DNA of 63,840 nt, filler included, from Pirum gemmata (GCA_002812295.1; 23 parts of 23 records of this genome joined end to end with filler, not necessarily neighbours in it), one strand, 5' to 3'. Positions 1-11,566 are shown, counted from the first letter of the whole stretch. Program-made: numbers and translations. Notes: generated from the sequence alone by a model not told the origin.

Positions 1-914
1 TATTGTATTAATTTGGTACTGTTTATTGTATATTTTATGATGACAAAACCACTGAAAAGCACGATATTATATTGGATATTAGGTCTATTATCGATATCGT
101 CTATTTCTTTACAGTTGACCTCTCAATGTTTAATTTGGTACTATTTAAGTGTATAATTGAACTTGTTTATAAAAAAAAATATAATGTATAAAATACCAAA
201 TTAATTAAAACATGCCCGATAGTTTAACCATAATGATAATTTGGTACATTTATTTCAGTTTTTGAACTGGGCAACATTATTGAAAAATACAATATATTAT
301 TATATTATTATTAATATTATGTATATATTAATAATATTCTAGTATTAATATTATAATTATAGTAAAAAAACAGTTATTTTCGGCGAAAATTTTCGGCGAA
401 AATAACTGTTTTTTTACTATAGACTATATATATATAGCAAAAATTCGGTTATTTTCGCGAAAATAACCGAATTTTTGCTATATATATATAGTCTATAGTA
501 AAAAAACAGTTATTTTCGCCGAAAATTTTCGCCGAAAATAACTGTTTTTTTACTATAATTATAATATTAATACTAGAATATTATTAATATATACATAATA
601 TTAATAATAATATAATAATATATTGTATTTTTCAATAATGTTGCCCAGTTCAAAAACTGAAATAAATGTACCAAATTATCATTATGGTTAAACTATCGGG
701 CATGTTTTAATTAATTTGGTATTTTATACATTATATTTTTTTTTATAAACAAGTTCAATTATACACTTAAATAGTACCAAATTAAACATTGAGAGGTCAA
801 CTGTAAAGAAATAGACGATATCGATAATAGACCTAATATCCAATATAATATCGTGCTTTTCAGTGGTTTTGTCATCATAAAATATACAATAAACAGTACC
901 AAATTAATACAATA
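1..914. repeat. Spacer-less inverted repeat (palindrome) of at least 914 bp, centred at 457/458
   Basis: Bases 1-457 read as the reverse complement of 458-914 wherever compared (centre TTTTCG|CGAAAA). It may extend past the window start and contains a nested ~60-bp inverted repeat at 360-420. Confidence 0.9.
621..820. mobile_element. Dispersed ~200-bp MITE-like repeat, family B
   Basis: Core GGTTAAACTATCGGGCATGTTTTAATT...AAACAAGTTCAATT...TACCAAATTAAAGATTGAGAGG recurs at ~25838-26010, ~26061-26260, ~42180-42346 (reverse), ~59447-59641 (reverse) and partly ~5135-5229. Ends are TAT(C/T)GT...ACGATA. Confidence 0.7.
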
Positions 915-1036
915 TAAATCCATTTAATTTAATTTGGTATATTTTATTATCTATTTATTGATTTAAAAATGTCCATTTAAAGATTATAACCCTCCAAATA
1001 AATATTCAGAGTGACAAAATAAATGAAAAGCACAAT
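849..1036. mobile_element. Dispersed ~190-bp MITE, family A (TIR TATCGTGCTTTTCA...TGAAAAGCACRAT)
   Basis: Terminal inverted repeats are visible. Full or near-full copies at 25379-25570, ~41165-41333, 45761-45938 and 56609-56793; partial copies at ~18345, 21563-21672, 24102-24130, 24975-25141, 29961-30343 and 41381-41424. Confidence 0.8.
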
Positions 1037-1103
1037 TTAGTAGCTAGCTAGTCTTTAGGAAACACAAAAAATAATATTATTATATCAGATAACAAACGCC
1101 AAT

Positions 1104-1188
1104 TACTGCTTCAAATACCCCTACCTAGCTACCCCTTGACGTAAATTTCCGGTCAAATACCGCTTACCTATCTACCCCTTGACGTGAC
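1104..1188. repeat. Dispersed repeat, family C (CCGGTCAAATACC / TACCCCTTGACGT units)
   Basis: Same motif block at ~4434-4512 and, reversed, at ~43098-43213. Confidence 0.7.
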
Positions 1189-1470
1189 AGTCATATCACG
1201 GTTAGATTCCAGAGTTATTAGTCTCTAGCTAGCAGTAGATCTTTGTAGACCTCATATCCGCACCAACATCGACTGGTCTTGTGATTACTTTGCTTGGTGA
1301 TTTGTTTATAATTATATTAATATCGATATATAAATTTAATATAAATATAAATCCTATTTATTATATAAATATAATATTATGATAAATAAATAAATTATTT
1401 GTATAAATATTTTAAAGGATTCCGATTATTTATAAATAAATAAATTATTTTAAAATAATAATTATTATTA

Positions 1471-1901
1471 TTATCTCTTTAATACTCCTGATTCAGTCTG
1501 GGTAGTGGTCGTAGTAGTAGTAGTAGTAGTAGTAGCACTAGTAGTAGTGGCAGTAGTAGTAGTAGTATTAGCACTAGTACTAGTAGGAGTAGGGGTAGTG
1601 GCACTATTGGAAACTACTGTAATGGAAGCAGTAATAGTAGCAGCTGCAGTAGTTGTTGTTGTAGGTGTAGTAATGGTAGTACTTGTAGTAGTGCCAGACC
1701 CAGTGGTGCTAGTAGTAATAGTACTAGTAGTACTGCTGTTAGTACTACTAGTGCTAGTATTATCCCCATCTTTAATGATTTCTAAAAAATAAAAAACCTT
1801 CCATACCGGAGATGCATGCGCGCAAATTTAGTTTTTTTACTTAATACCACTTTATCTTCCTTGGTACGTTTATTCAGTAAAGTTATCCATTCTTTCAAAT
1901 C
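1471..1901 (-). CDS. 3' exons of an unknown protein with a Thr/Ser-rich C-terminal tail
   Basis: Predicted exons ~1901-1841 (DLKEWITLLNKRTKEDKVVL) and 1781-1471 (IIKDGDNTSTSSTNSSTT...TQTESGVLKR*) with AG/GT boundaries. The splice model is tentative. Confidence 0.45.
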
Positions 1902-2069
1902 CTGTNTAATTTTTAATAATTATAATAATAATAATAATAATAAATAATAATAATTTTACAACATTTGGAGGATACTTTTTAATTTTCATGTCAAAACAAA
2001 GAGAAAATCAACAAAACTCGTATAAAGAAAATGTTAGCTCCAATTCGAATTTCTCTTTGTAATATTATA

Positions 2070-3060
2070 TAATATATATAATATAATACATAAATAAAAT
2101 AAATTTATTGTTCATATTTATTATTATTTAAATTAATTGAAAAATAGTAAAACTACTAATGGTTAACATAACAATATTAATGATCTTTTATTTAAAAAAT
2201 AAAAAAAAACACAAATTGATTAATTAAAGAAAAAGAGAAAGAATATTTCTTCTAAAATAACAAATAAATTTTATTGTTCTAATTATTATACAGTAATAAT
2301 ATATAAATAATATTTTGTAAGTATTATATTATAAATAAATAATTAATTAAATAAATGTTGTTAAAAAGAAGTAAATTTATTAATATTAAACATAAAAACT
2401 CAAAGTTCAGTGGAATATATGAAAAAATTAACAATGAAAAAAAACATCTATTTCCCAGGAATTGTGAAATTAACTAATATATATAATATGAATATATTAT
2501 TTCGACATGTTAAAAAAAAGATAGATGTAATTTTTGATGCTGCAATATATTAATATATATAATTTAATTAATAGATAAATAAAATAAATTTATTGTTCAT
2601 AATTTGTATTTATTGTTTATATTATTTGAAAAATAGTAAAACTACTAATGCTTAACATAACAATGGTCTTTTAAAATAAAAACTCAGAAAGAATATTTCT
2701 TCTCTAAAATAACGAATAAATTTTACTGTTTTAATAATTGGATGGACAGGAATATATAAATAGTATTGATTCTATATAATATATATAGTTCCGATTCAAA
2801 CTTAAGTTTGTAGTTAAAAGTAATGTTATATAATAATATTATAGATAAATAAAATTAAATTTATTATTCATATATTTTTATTATTTATATTATTTGAAAA
2901 ATAGTAAAACTAATTTTTAACATAATAATGATATTATAAAAAATAAAAACTCAATTAATTAAATAATTAAATAAAAAGAGAAAGAATATTTCTTCTAAAA
3001 AACAAATAAATTTTATTGTTCTAATTTGGACAGTAATATATAAATAATATTGAATCTATA
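2070..3060. repeat. Three diverged local copies of a ~250-bp AT-rich unit
   Basis: GAAAAATAGTAAAACTA and AGAAAGAATATTTCT...AATAAATTTTA blocks recur in order from ~2090, ~2577 and ~2846. Confidence 0.7.
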
Positions 3061-3190
3061 CTTTCTCGATTTTATTTATTTTTTTTTATAGCAATTCATG
3101 TATTATGTATATAATATATTATAGTACATTATATATTAACTTCAAAGGCGGGAGTTATTCCATGTATCAACTTTTATTTCAAATTAAACT

Positions 3191-4135
3191 TTACCAAAAA
3201 CGGCGAGTTTTAGAAGCTCCTTCTGCGGGAGCCATGGCTTCTTCCTCTGCTGGTGCCATGGCTTCTTCCTCTGCTGGTGCCATGGCTTCTTCCTCTGCTG
3301 GTACCATACCTTCTTCCTCTCCTGGTACCATGGCGTCTTCCTCTGCTGGTGCCATGGCTTCTTCCTCTGCTGGTGCCATAGCTTCTTCCTCTGCTGGTGC
3401 CATGGCTTCTTCTTTTGCCGGAGCCATGGCTTCTTCTTTTGCTGGAGCCATAGCTTCTTCCTTTGCTGGAGCCATGGCTTCTTCCTCTGCTGGAGCCATA
3501 GCTTCTTCCTCTGCTGGAGCCATCGCTTCTACCCCTTCTACCCCTTCTACTCCGATACAGTTTGCTACCCCTTCTACCCCTTGACACGGTTCTACCCCTT
3601 CTACCCCTTCTACCCCTTCATACGTTTCTACCCCTTCATACGCTTCTACCCCTTCTACCCCTTCATACGCTTCTACCCCTTCTACCCCTTCTACCCCTTC
3701 TACCCCTTCATACGCTTCTACCCCTTCTACTCCTTCTACCCCTTCCACCCCTTCTACCCCTTCTTCTTCTGCTGGAGCAGGAACTTCTTCTTCTTCTACA
3801 TCTTCTTCAGCATTAACATCAATATCACTTTCAGCCGCAACACTACAAATACAAAACACGTCATAAGTTGAAGAGAAGTCATCGTCATTGATAACATCAC
3901 AAAACGAACAATTGTTTACGCCTTCTTTTTCTGTAAAATCGTCATTTAAACAGCGTGCCTCACACTTTGCATTTGTCATTGAATCAGTTAATACCCAACT
4001 GTGTTTACAAAAAGCGTAAACGGGGTTAGTCTCCGTAGGCCGCTGGCAGATATTTTTTGAATAATAAGTACTCTTTCCATATCCTGGTTGACAATGAAAA
4101 AGAATCACAAGTAAAAGACTGTAAAAGTTAAACAT
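3191..4135 (-). CDS. Secreted acidic repeat protein (signal peptide, Cys-rich domain, EGV and AMAPAEEE repeats)
   Basis: 314-aa intronless ORF with a hydrophobic N-terminus, an ~80-aa Cys-rich block, (EGV)n and ~13 copies of an 8-aa/24-nt unit. Confidence 0.8.
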   Translation of the reverse strand: MFNFYSLLLVILFHCQPGYGKSTYYSKNICQRPTETNPVYAFCKHSWVLTDSMTNAKCEARCLNDDFTEKEGVNNCSFCDVINDDDFSSTYDVFCICSVAAESDIDVNAEEDVEEEEVPAPAEEEGVEGVEGVEGVEGVEAYEGVEGVEGVEGVEAYEGVEGVEAYEGVETYEGVEGVEGVEPCQGVEGVANCIGVEGVEGVEAMAPAEEEAMAPAEEEAMAPAKEEAMAPAKEEAMAPAKEEAMAPAEEEAMAPAEEEAMAPAEEDAMVPGEEEGMVPAEEEAMAPAEEEAMAPAEEEAMAPAEGASKTRRFW

Positions 4136-4882
4136 GATGACGATGTCGACTATTTTATGATTATGATGATAAAAATAATTATTGTTATTTTAATTATTAT
4201 TTTTATTACTGTTGTGTTGTTGTTATGTATTATAATTTTATATTTATGATAATAATTATATTGTAATATTTTGTGTATTTTTTTATTTGTTTATTTGTTT
4301 TTTGATGTTTTGACGTTTTCTTTTAATTTCTCTAAATATTTTATGGTTTTTATACCTTTTTTAGCAACTTTTTTACTCTTATGATAAGTTTTTTTTTGTA
4401 TTATTTTTTAATATTATTTTTTTTTTTTTGGTNACTTACCTACCCCTCGACTTTAATTTCCGGTCAAATACCACCTACCTACCTACCCCTTGACGTGGCG
4501 TATTATTTGAACACTCCCTATTTTTAAAAAACTATTAAAAAGTTCATTTTTTAAAAATTTTAATGGCAATCTGAAAAAAGGATAAATGTTATCTTGCTAA
4601 TGTGGTAATTTTCATGCAATAAAAATGAGCAAGAGAATCAATAAACATGTGATTAATTAAGAGAGTGATTATAAAAAGTCAGTTTATTAGAGTCGATTTT
4701 CAAATTTACGATTTGACGCTAATCATCTAGCTAGTAATAATTATTATTATAATCATCTATCCTCTGATATTAAGAGTAATAAAAAACATTCAATTATTAT
4801 AATTATTATTATAGACTATATATTATAAACAAGTTCCGAAAGACCCAAATCTGGTTCCATATAATATTATTATATGCCAATA

Positions 4883-5016
4883 TAGTTACAGGAATGATGA
4901 CGTAGTTACAGGAATGATGACGTAGTTACAGGAATGATGACGTAGTTACAGGAATGATGACGTAGTTACAGGGATGATGACGTAGTTACAGGGATGATGA
5001 CGTAGTTACAGGGATG
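4883..5016. repeat. 20-bp minisatellite TAGTTACAGG(A/G)ATGATGACG, 6 full units plus 1 partial
   Basis: Directly visible; the first four units have GGAA and the later ones GGGA. Confidence 0.95.
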
Positions 5017-5415
5017 GTGGAGCTCTCGAAGATTAGTTCATATATTCTTAAAAATAGAATATCGATATATCAATAATTATAAAACAACAACAACAACAAC
5101 AACCACAACAATTATTTATACTTTTAATGTTGCATTTTCTGAACAAGTTCAATTATAGACTTTTAAACAGTACCGAATTAAAGATTGAGAGGATATTATG
5201 ATATTAAATTGTAATGAAATAAACGATATTAATTAAAATACATTATATTTTTTTTTGTTTTTTTTTTTGATAGTCTAGTATATGATATTATTATTAAAAA
5301 TATCATTGATAAATTTAAAAAATTAAAAAAAAAATTTAATACTAATAAAAAATAAAATAGAATAAACAAGGATATTTAAAAAACAGGTATAAATAAAAAA
5401 TCGAAAATAAAAATA

Positions 5416-5446
<31 letters not shown>

Positions 5447-5466
5447 AAAAAAAAAAAAAACTAGTT

Positions 5467-5525
<59 letters not shown>

Positions 5526-5564
5526 AAAAAAATAAAAAAAACTAGTTAATTACAAAAAAAAAAA

Positions 5565-6035
5565 ATGTTTTCAACCATGACTACCCAATTATTCGCCTTA
5601 CTTTTGGCCTTCCTTGCCACTTCTTTACTGCACTCAACCGAAGTTGAAGCAAGCGATGTTTATACTTTTACTTATTATACTACTACAAGCGATTGCACTG
5701 GGTCATATATTAGTACAACTAACTCATTTTCCAATAGTATACCGAGTGGAAGTAGTTGTATTTCTGATAATTCACTTTACTCTGTTGATATCACTTGGGA
5801 TTCTAGTAACCAAGATGGAACTGTTAGTGTTTATAATAACAGTGATTGCAGTGGAACGGCAGAGACTGAGCAAGATATTTCTTTGTCTAATCTTACTAAC
5901 CAGAATGACGCTACTTGTTATAATTTAACTGCTTTTAACTCTAGTTATATTGTCTATTATTCTGATGCGATTACTAGCAGCCTTTCTTTGTTGCTAACGT
6001 TAACTTCGCTTACTATCTCTACTAAAGTTTTATAA
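5565..6035 (+). CDS. Small secreted, probably GPI-anchored Ser/Thr/Cys-rich surface protein
   Basis: 156-aa ORF with an N-terminal hydrophobic signal, two Y-x-x-x-S-D-C-x-G motifs and a C-terminal hydrophobic tail (SLSLLLTLTSLTI). Confidence 0.7.
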   Translation: MFSTMTTQLFALLLAFLATSLLHSTEVEASDVYTFTYYTTTSDCTGSYISTTNSFSNSIPSGSSCISDNSLYSVDITWDSSNQDGTVSVYNNSDCSGTAETEQDISLSNLTNQNDATCYNLTAFNSSYIVYYSDAITSSLSLLLTLTSLTISTKVL

Positions 6036-6255
6036 TTAATTAGTTGAATTTTTTGAAAAGTAAATAAATAAATAAATAAAATAAATAAATTCCAAATTTT
6101 AAAGTTAAAAAATAATATTCACCCAGTGAGATACGGGAAAACATAATCTGTCTTAATTATTATTAAATAGTGCACAATTAGTTTGAAATGATTTTTTTTT
6201 TTTTTTTTCGAGTTTCAAGTTCTTTCTTTGAAATTTCCAAAAGAATTGTTTTTTT

Positions 6256-6355
6256 NNNNNNNNNNNNNNNNNNNNNNNNNNNNNNNNNNNNNNNNNNNNT
6301 TAATTAATTAANNNNNNNNNNNNNNNNNNNNNNNNNNNNNNNNNNNNNNNNNNNN
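6256..6355. other. Artificial contig linker N44-TTAATTAATTAA-N44 (first of 22)
   Basis: 100-nt spacer with stops in all six frames. It also starts at 8844, 11383, 13945, 16505, 18907, 21463, 24002, 26305, 28880, 32339, 34914, 37500, 40057, 42593, 45178, 47706, 50259, 52843, 56137, 58704 and 61288. Confidence 0.97.
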
Positions 6356-6967
6356 AAAAAAAAAAAAAAAATGGGGGTCAAAAAAAATTTTTTATTTTTT
6401 TTATTATTTTTTTAAAAAAAAAAAAAAAAAGCACTTGTCTAGACTTTGTCTAGTAGCTAATAGCTAGAGTTTGTCTAGCTAGCTAGCTAGTACTTCAAGT
6501 ACAGACTTCAAGTATCGATACTTGTCTGCTAAATGTACAAAAAAAGCCTATACAAAAAAGACAAAAAAGAAGAGATTTTTTTTATAGATAAGAAAAAAGT
6601 AAATAAAAAAAGCCAATTTGAATAGTTATGGCGCTTTTTTATATAATTTGCTATTAAATACTTTTAATTATCTGAACATAATTGCAGAGTTTCTTTTACT
6701 AAAAACATCCAAAATGTACCCACCCACCTCACACACACACGATATTCCACAGCCGCACAGACGCACAGAAGTCGCACAGAGTAGCCAGGGCCCTGACCAT
6801 TCCCTTGAATTCCTTCCAAAAAAAAAAAAAAAAATAATTAATTTTTTAAAAAGAACTAAAAAAAAAAATAACGATAAAAAAAAAAATAAAAAAAAAAAAA
6901 AATAAATTTTTAATAGAAGTAAATAAATAAATAAATAAAAATTTAATAACAAAATAAAAAAACCAAA

Positions 6968-8244
6968 ATGGGGGGGTTGTTCACACGTAAATTGTAATGA
7001 AAGCAACGCTAAGGGTAAAAGATTACCGAATGTTTGTCGTGTCACAAGCGAACTCAGAAAGAGATAAATGCTTGGATGATTTATTGCGAGAGGGTCGAGT
7101 GATCAAAAAACTAAATTTGAAGGATATACGAAACAACGAAACATTAATCAAAACTTATACAGGCTTTCCTTCTATAAAACGGTTCAGTAATATCTTGGAA
7201 CTGCTTGAAAAAGTAGGTTTAAAAGAGCGATGGCACGTAGAAAAAAGGGAAAGAAAGAAACTAGCTATAGATTATGAAGACGGCATGTTACTGACATTCA
7301 TGAAATTGAGGCAAATTTTTTATTTTTACCACTTAGGTTACTTATTCAATATTTCAAGGCAAACAGCATCACGGTGTTTTCAAAGGGGCTTACAAATGCT
7401 GCACACATTATCATGCATGAAGACTTCAATATGTTTTAAATAAACTAAACAAGGAATGGATAGAAGAACATATGCTCCCTTGAGTAATAGGTTCATCCTA
7501 CATTATAGTAAAATAACAATAATTTTGGAAAATTTATATTTTTATAAATTTTTATAAAAACAATCCCACAGCTCTGACCTGGAGCTGATGGATATAAAAG
7601 GAGCTCTGCTCTTAAAAATTAAATAAAATCCTCTTCAAAAGTTTATAAAAATATAAAATTTCCAAAATTATTGTTATTTTACTATAATGTAGGATGAACC
7701 TACTACTCCTTGCTTCAAGAATCACCCTCTATACAAGCACACGGCTTTAATAATCGATGTCATAGAAATTTTTTCACAGACACCAAGTAGGGAAAGTAGG
7801 GAAGCATTACAAAGAATGCTTTTTTCATATTACAAGAATCATCACACCGCCAAAGTTTTAGTTTTCACGGCTCCCACCGACCATGTAATATATGACACCC
7901 CTCCATATGGCAGTAGAATATCAGAAAATGACCTCACAGCTGAATACGCTTGGATATTTGAAAAACTATGGCCTGGGGCTCGTGTTATGGCAGACAAGGG
8001 TTTTACAAATGGCGCTAATCTTGGTTTAGAGGGTCAAGTTGATTTACCTGCTTTTCTAAAAAAAGATGAACAGTTTTCACAAGAGGAAAAGTTAGTGACC
8101 AAAGAAGTGGCATCAAGAAGGATCCACGTGGAAAGAGTAATTCAAAAAGCAAAGATATTCAAAATCATGACTGATGAAGTACCAATAGAGATGTTAAACT
8201 ATTATGATATGGTTGTTCAAGTTTGTTTTGGTTTACCGAATTAA
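6968..8244 (+). pseudogene. Decayed PIF/Harbinger-superfamily (ISL2EU-like) transposase: THAP-like start, HTH_Tnp_4, DDE_Tnp_4
   Basis: Motifs YTGFPS, MLLTFMKLR..F..LGYLFNISRQTASR (HTH), IID, FSYYKNHHTAK, VMADKGF and VASRRIHVERVI (DDE_Tnp_4). Disrupted by a stop/frameshift near 7441 and an insertion at 7482-7708. Confidence 0.85.
7482..7708. mobile_element. 227-bp MITE with ~70-bp TIRs and a CTT target-site duplication
   Basis: The ends GAGTAATAGGTTCATCCTACATTATAGTAAAATAACAATAATTTTGGAAA and TTTCCAAAATTATTGTTATTTTACTATAATGTAGGATGAACCTACTACTC are inverted. CTT flanks both sides and removal restores the transposase frame. Confidence 0.9.
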
Positions 8245-8944
8245 TGAAAAGACTTGCAGACTACACTAGCAGATAATAATAAAAAAAAACGAAAAAAAAA
8301 CAGAAAAAAAGGGAAATTTATAAATGAGTAGTCTATCATAACCCGTACCCTAACCCAGACCCTAACTAACCCTAAAACTTAACCTAACTGTAATTCACTC
8401 CCTAATTCAATCTTAACCCTAACCCTAACTACAAACATAACCCTAACCTTAACTACAAACCTAGAATTCTAACTCTAACCCTCACCTTAACCTTAACTTA
8501 CCCTAACCCTAACCTTAACTCTAACTTAAACTTAACCTTAACCGTAACACTATATATAGATATATATATAACATTAAGCCCCTAGCCCTAACTACCCTGA
8601 ATCTAGTTAAAACCCCAATTTATTCCTAATCCTTACCTTAAGTTATCCTAGCCCTAATTCTAATCTCACCTTTCCTAACTAAACATCATCCTTATTACCT
8701 TAACTCTAATAATTAAGCATCCCTTAGCCTTGAATAACCTTTATCCAAACCCTATTGTCAACCCCTAATCCGTATCCTGATAATAAAGGAAACCTTATAT
8801 ATTATTATTATTATTAGTATTATTATTAATATTATTATTATTANNNNNNNNNNNNNNNNNNNNNNNNNNNNNNNNNNNNNNNNNNNNTTAATTAATTAAN
8901 NNNNNNNNNNNNNNNNNNNNNNNNNNNNNNNNNNNNNNNNNNNA

Positions 8945-8983
<39 letters not shown>

Positions 8984-8995
8984 ATTTATAAACAG

Positions 8996-9479
8996 AGCTG
9001 CTTCTACTCTACGTTATCTTCATTATCCACCTCAAAAGCAAATACTAAACAACAAAGACAACACTACAGAAATGGGGTGTGGAGCACATAGTGATTATGG
9101 TCTACTAACACTATTAGCACAATTTTCCGAAGGTTTACAAGTTAGAAATGTAAATGGTACCTGGATATCTGCCCCACCCATCCCTGGAACCTTTGTTGTA
9201 AATTTAGGCGACATGATGAACAGATGGACAAACGAAAGCTACAGTTCTACCATACACCGTGTTATTAACAATTCTACTAAACATAGACATTCAATGCCCT
9301 TTTTTGTAAATCCTAATATAGATGCTGTTGTTGAAACTTTGTCGACAACAGTGTCTGGAAGTTGTCCACGTCGGTTTGAAGCGGCTACCTCGGAGCAAAT
9401 ATTACTGAATCGTTATTCTGACACTTTTACCCATTTTCACAAAGAAAGTAATGAAGAATTAATAGAGAAAGTTATATAA
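8996..9479 (+). CDS. Last exon of a 2-oxoglutarate/Fe(II)-dependent dioxygenase (IPNS/DIOX-like)
   Basis: AG acceptor at 8994-8995. Translation LRYLHYPP...GCGAHSDYGLLTLL...NLGDMMNRWTN..Y.STIHRV...RHSMPFF contains HxD...H and RxS. Confidence 0.92.
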
Positions 9480-9510
9480 GATTAATTAGGGTTGGTTTGA
9501 AGATAAAGGG

Positions 9511-9868
9511 TTTAGGGTTAGGGTTAAGGGTTAAGGGTTAAGGGTTAAGGGTTAAGGGTTAAGGGTTAAGGGTTAAGGGTTAAGGGTTAAGGGTTAAGGG
9601 TTAAGGGTTAAGGGTTAAGGNNNNNNNNNNNNNNNNNNNNNNNNNNNNNNNNNNNNNNNNNNNNNNNNNNNNNNNNNNNNNNNNNNNNNNNNNNNNNNNN
9701 NNNNNNNNNNNNNNNNNNNNNNNNNNNNNNNNNNNNNNNNNNNNNNNNNNNNNNAAGGGTTAAGGGTTAAGGGTTAAGGGTTAAGGGTTAAGGGTTAAGG
9801 GTTAAGGGTTAAGGGTTAAGGGTTAAGGGTTAAGGGTTAAGAGTTAAAGGTTAGGGTTGGGGTTAAGG
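9511..9868 (+). repeat. (TTAAGGG)n telomere-like array spanning a gap
   Basis: Perfect heptamer array on both sides of the N run, with degenerate TTAGGG at the edges. Confidence 0.9.
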
Positions 9869-10116
9869 TACGTAATATATTTACATATGTTTATACGACT
9901 TAGAAAAAGTTGTTTTAAGTTTGGTTGGAGTTTTATGTATTGAGTAAGAAGAATAGTGATTGCTAAATATAAACACCAAAAGCATAATTTTACATAATAA
10001 CATTACTTAATGTAGAATTGACCTTTTTCCTAATTCGTGTCAGGAGGTACCTAAAATGGAAATTTGTAAATTATATGTTATCAAGGGGTCTAAAGTAAAG
10101 GATTAATACGGATGAC

Positions 10117-10353
10117 GTCACACTAATATAATATATATATATATATATATGAATCTTACCTTGGGGAGAGAAAAGTTAAACCCGTTTTTTTTATTGGTTT
10201 TTTATTCCCACTAGCCTATTACTTTAATCCATTATTTTTTTATAAAATTTTAATTTTTCAATTATTGGAAATAGGCCACTAATAAATCTTCATTTGGCTT
10301 TACTTTTCTCTATCTCTACTCGTACCCAGGTTCAATATATATATTAGTGTGAC
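10117..10353. mobile_element. ~237-bp TIR element (GTCACACTAATATA...TATATTAGTGTGAC), with its core repeated at ~10410-10593
   Basis: 14-bp terminal inverted repeat. The core CCTTGG..AGAGAAAAGTT...ATTCCCACTAGCCTATTACTT...GGAAATAGGCCACTAATAAA occurs twice. Confidence 0.65.
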
Positions 10354-11500
10354 ACCTTTCACATATTATCCCTATTTTATTATATAGTGTAATATATTAT
10401 ACATTATATACTATATATATATATATATATATAAATCTCACCTTGGTGAGAGAAAAGTTTAATTCGTTTTTTTTATTGGTTTTTTATTCCCACTAGCCTA
10501 TTACTTAATCCAGTATTTTTTTATAAAACTTTAATTATTTAATTATTGGAAATAGGCCACTAATAAACCTTCATTTGGTTTTACTTTTTTCTCCAAAAAA
10601 CTTCCGATATCAAAAGTTTTTTGAAAATTTTCTTGGACTGACTAATTAAATTCAGGTTAGGGTTAACGCCTTAGGTTTTTCGATTTATTTGTAATTAATA
10701 ACTCTATTAATTTATAATTAGTAAATCGAAGGAGGTTACAAAAAAAAATCCTCAACCTTCGATTTTTACAAACAAAAAACAGTAAAAATGGTTTTTGCTA
10801 TTATTGCATAAATAAATTATAATACTCAATTATTTGTATATGAATCGCAAATTTCGTCTATAACATCATCATTGGGATAATCGTATTTTTTGCACTTTCC
10901 ATAAATCATATAATGTAATTTTGTATATTTAACTAGATTTGCATTATTTTAGCATTTATCTTCATTTTGTTTCAGCATTTTGTAGGCGTTTTTTATATCT
11001 TCTGATAGATAATTTTCATTTAAAATAATTATTGAAGTATGTAAAATTTTCTTTTGTTGTAGTATTAATTCCATTACTTGTTTTTGGTCTTCTATTACTT
11101 GTTGTTGATCTTCTATTAATTTTGTACATGTGCGTGCTTTAAGAGTTGATTCATCATTATTATTAAATTCTTTCTCAACTATTATATATTATCTTTCATA
11201 AATTTAATTATCGTCATTATTTCTTCATTTATATTACTGCTATTACTTTTTCCATCTCTAGGTGATTTTTCTATTGCTTCTTTTAGCTAAATTGGAGGTA
11301 TACTTTTATATTCTTTGCTGCTAATTGAAAATTGTATTTTAATTTTTTCTTAGAACTATTATTATTATTATTACTATTATTANNNNNNNNNNNNNNNNNN
11401 NNNNNNNNNNNNNNNNNNNNNNNNNNTTAATTAATTAANNNNNNNNNNNNNNNNNNNNNNNNNNNNNNNNNNNNNNNNNNNNGACTCTTATAATTATTGT

Positions 11501-11566
11501 ACCCTAAACCCTAAACCCTAAACCCTAAACCCTAAACCCTAAACCCTAAACCCTAAACCCTAAACC
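11501..11566 (-). repeat. (TTTAGGG)n array (CCCTAAA on +)
   Basis: About nine perfect heptamers. Confidence 0.9.

Noticed and set aside
1505..1792. Val-rich + strand ORF
   Set aside because: Antisense shadow of the Thr-rich minus-strand exon.
3105..3871. Overlapping ORFs 3105-3584, 3210-3587, 3562-3816 and 3581-3871
   Set aside because: Alternative frames of the repeats in the 3191-4135 gene.
4883..5016. Possible CRISPR array (also considered for 36473-37110 and 49505-50130)
   Set aside because: No unique spacers, no cas genes and a eukaryotic context.
10750..11360. Coding-like minus-strand remnants (also 16605-16850, 28300-28760, 38400-39360 and 55110-55260)
   Set aside because: Short frames with many stops and no recognisable motif.
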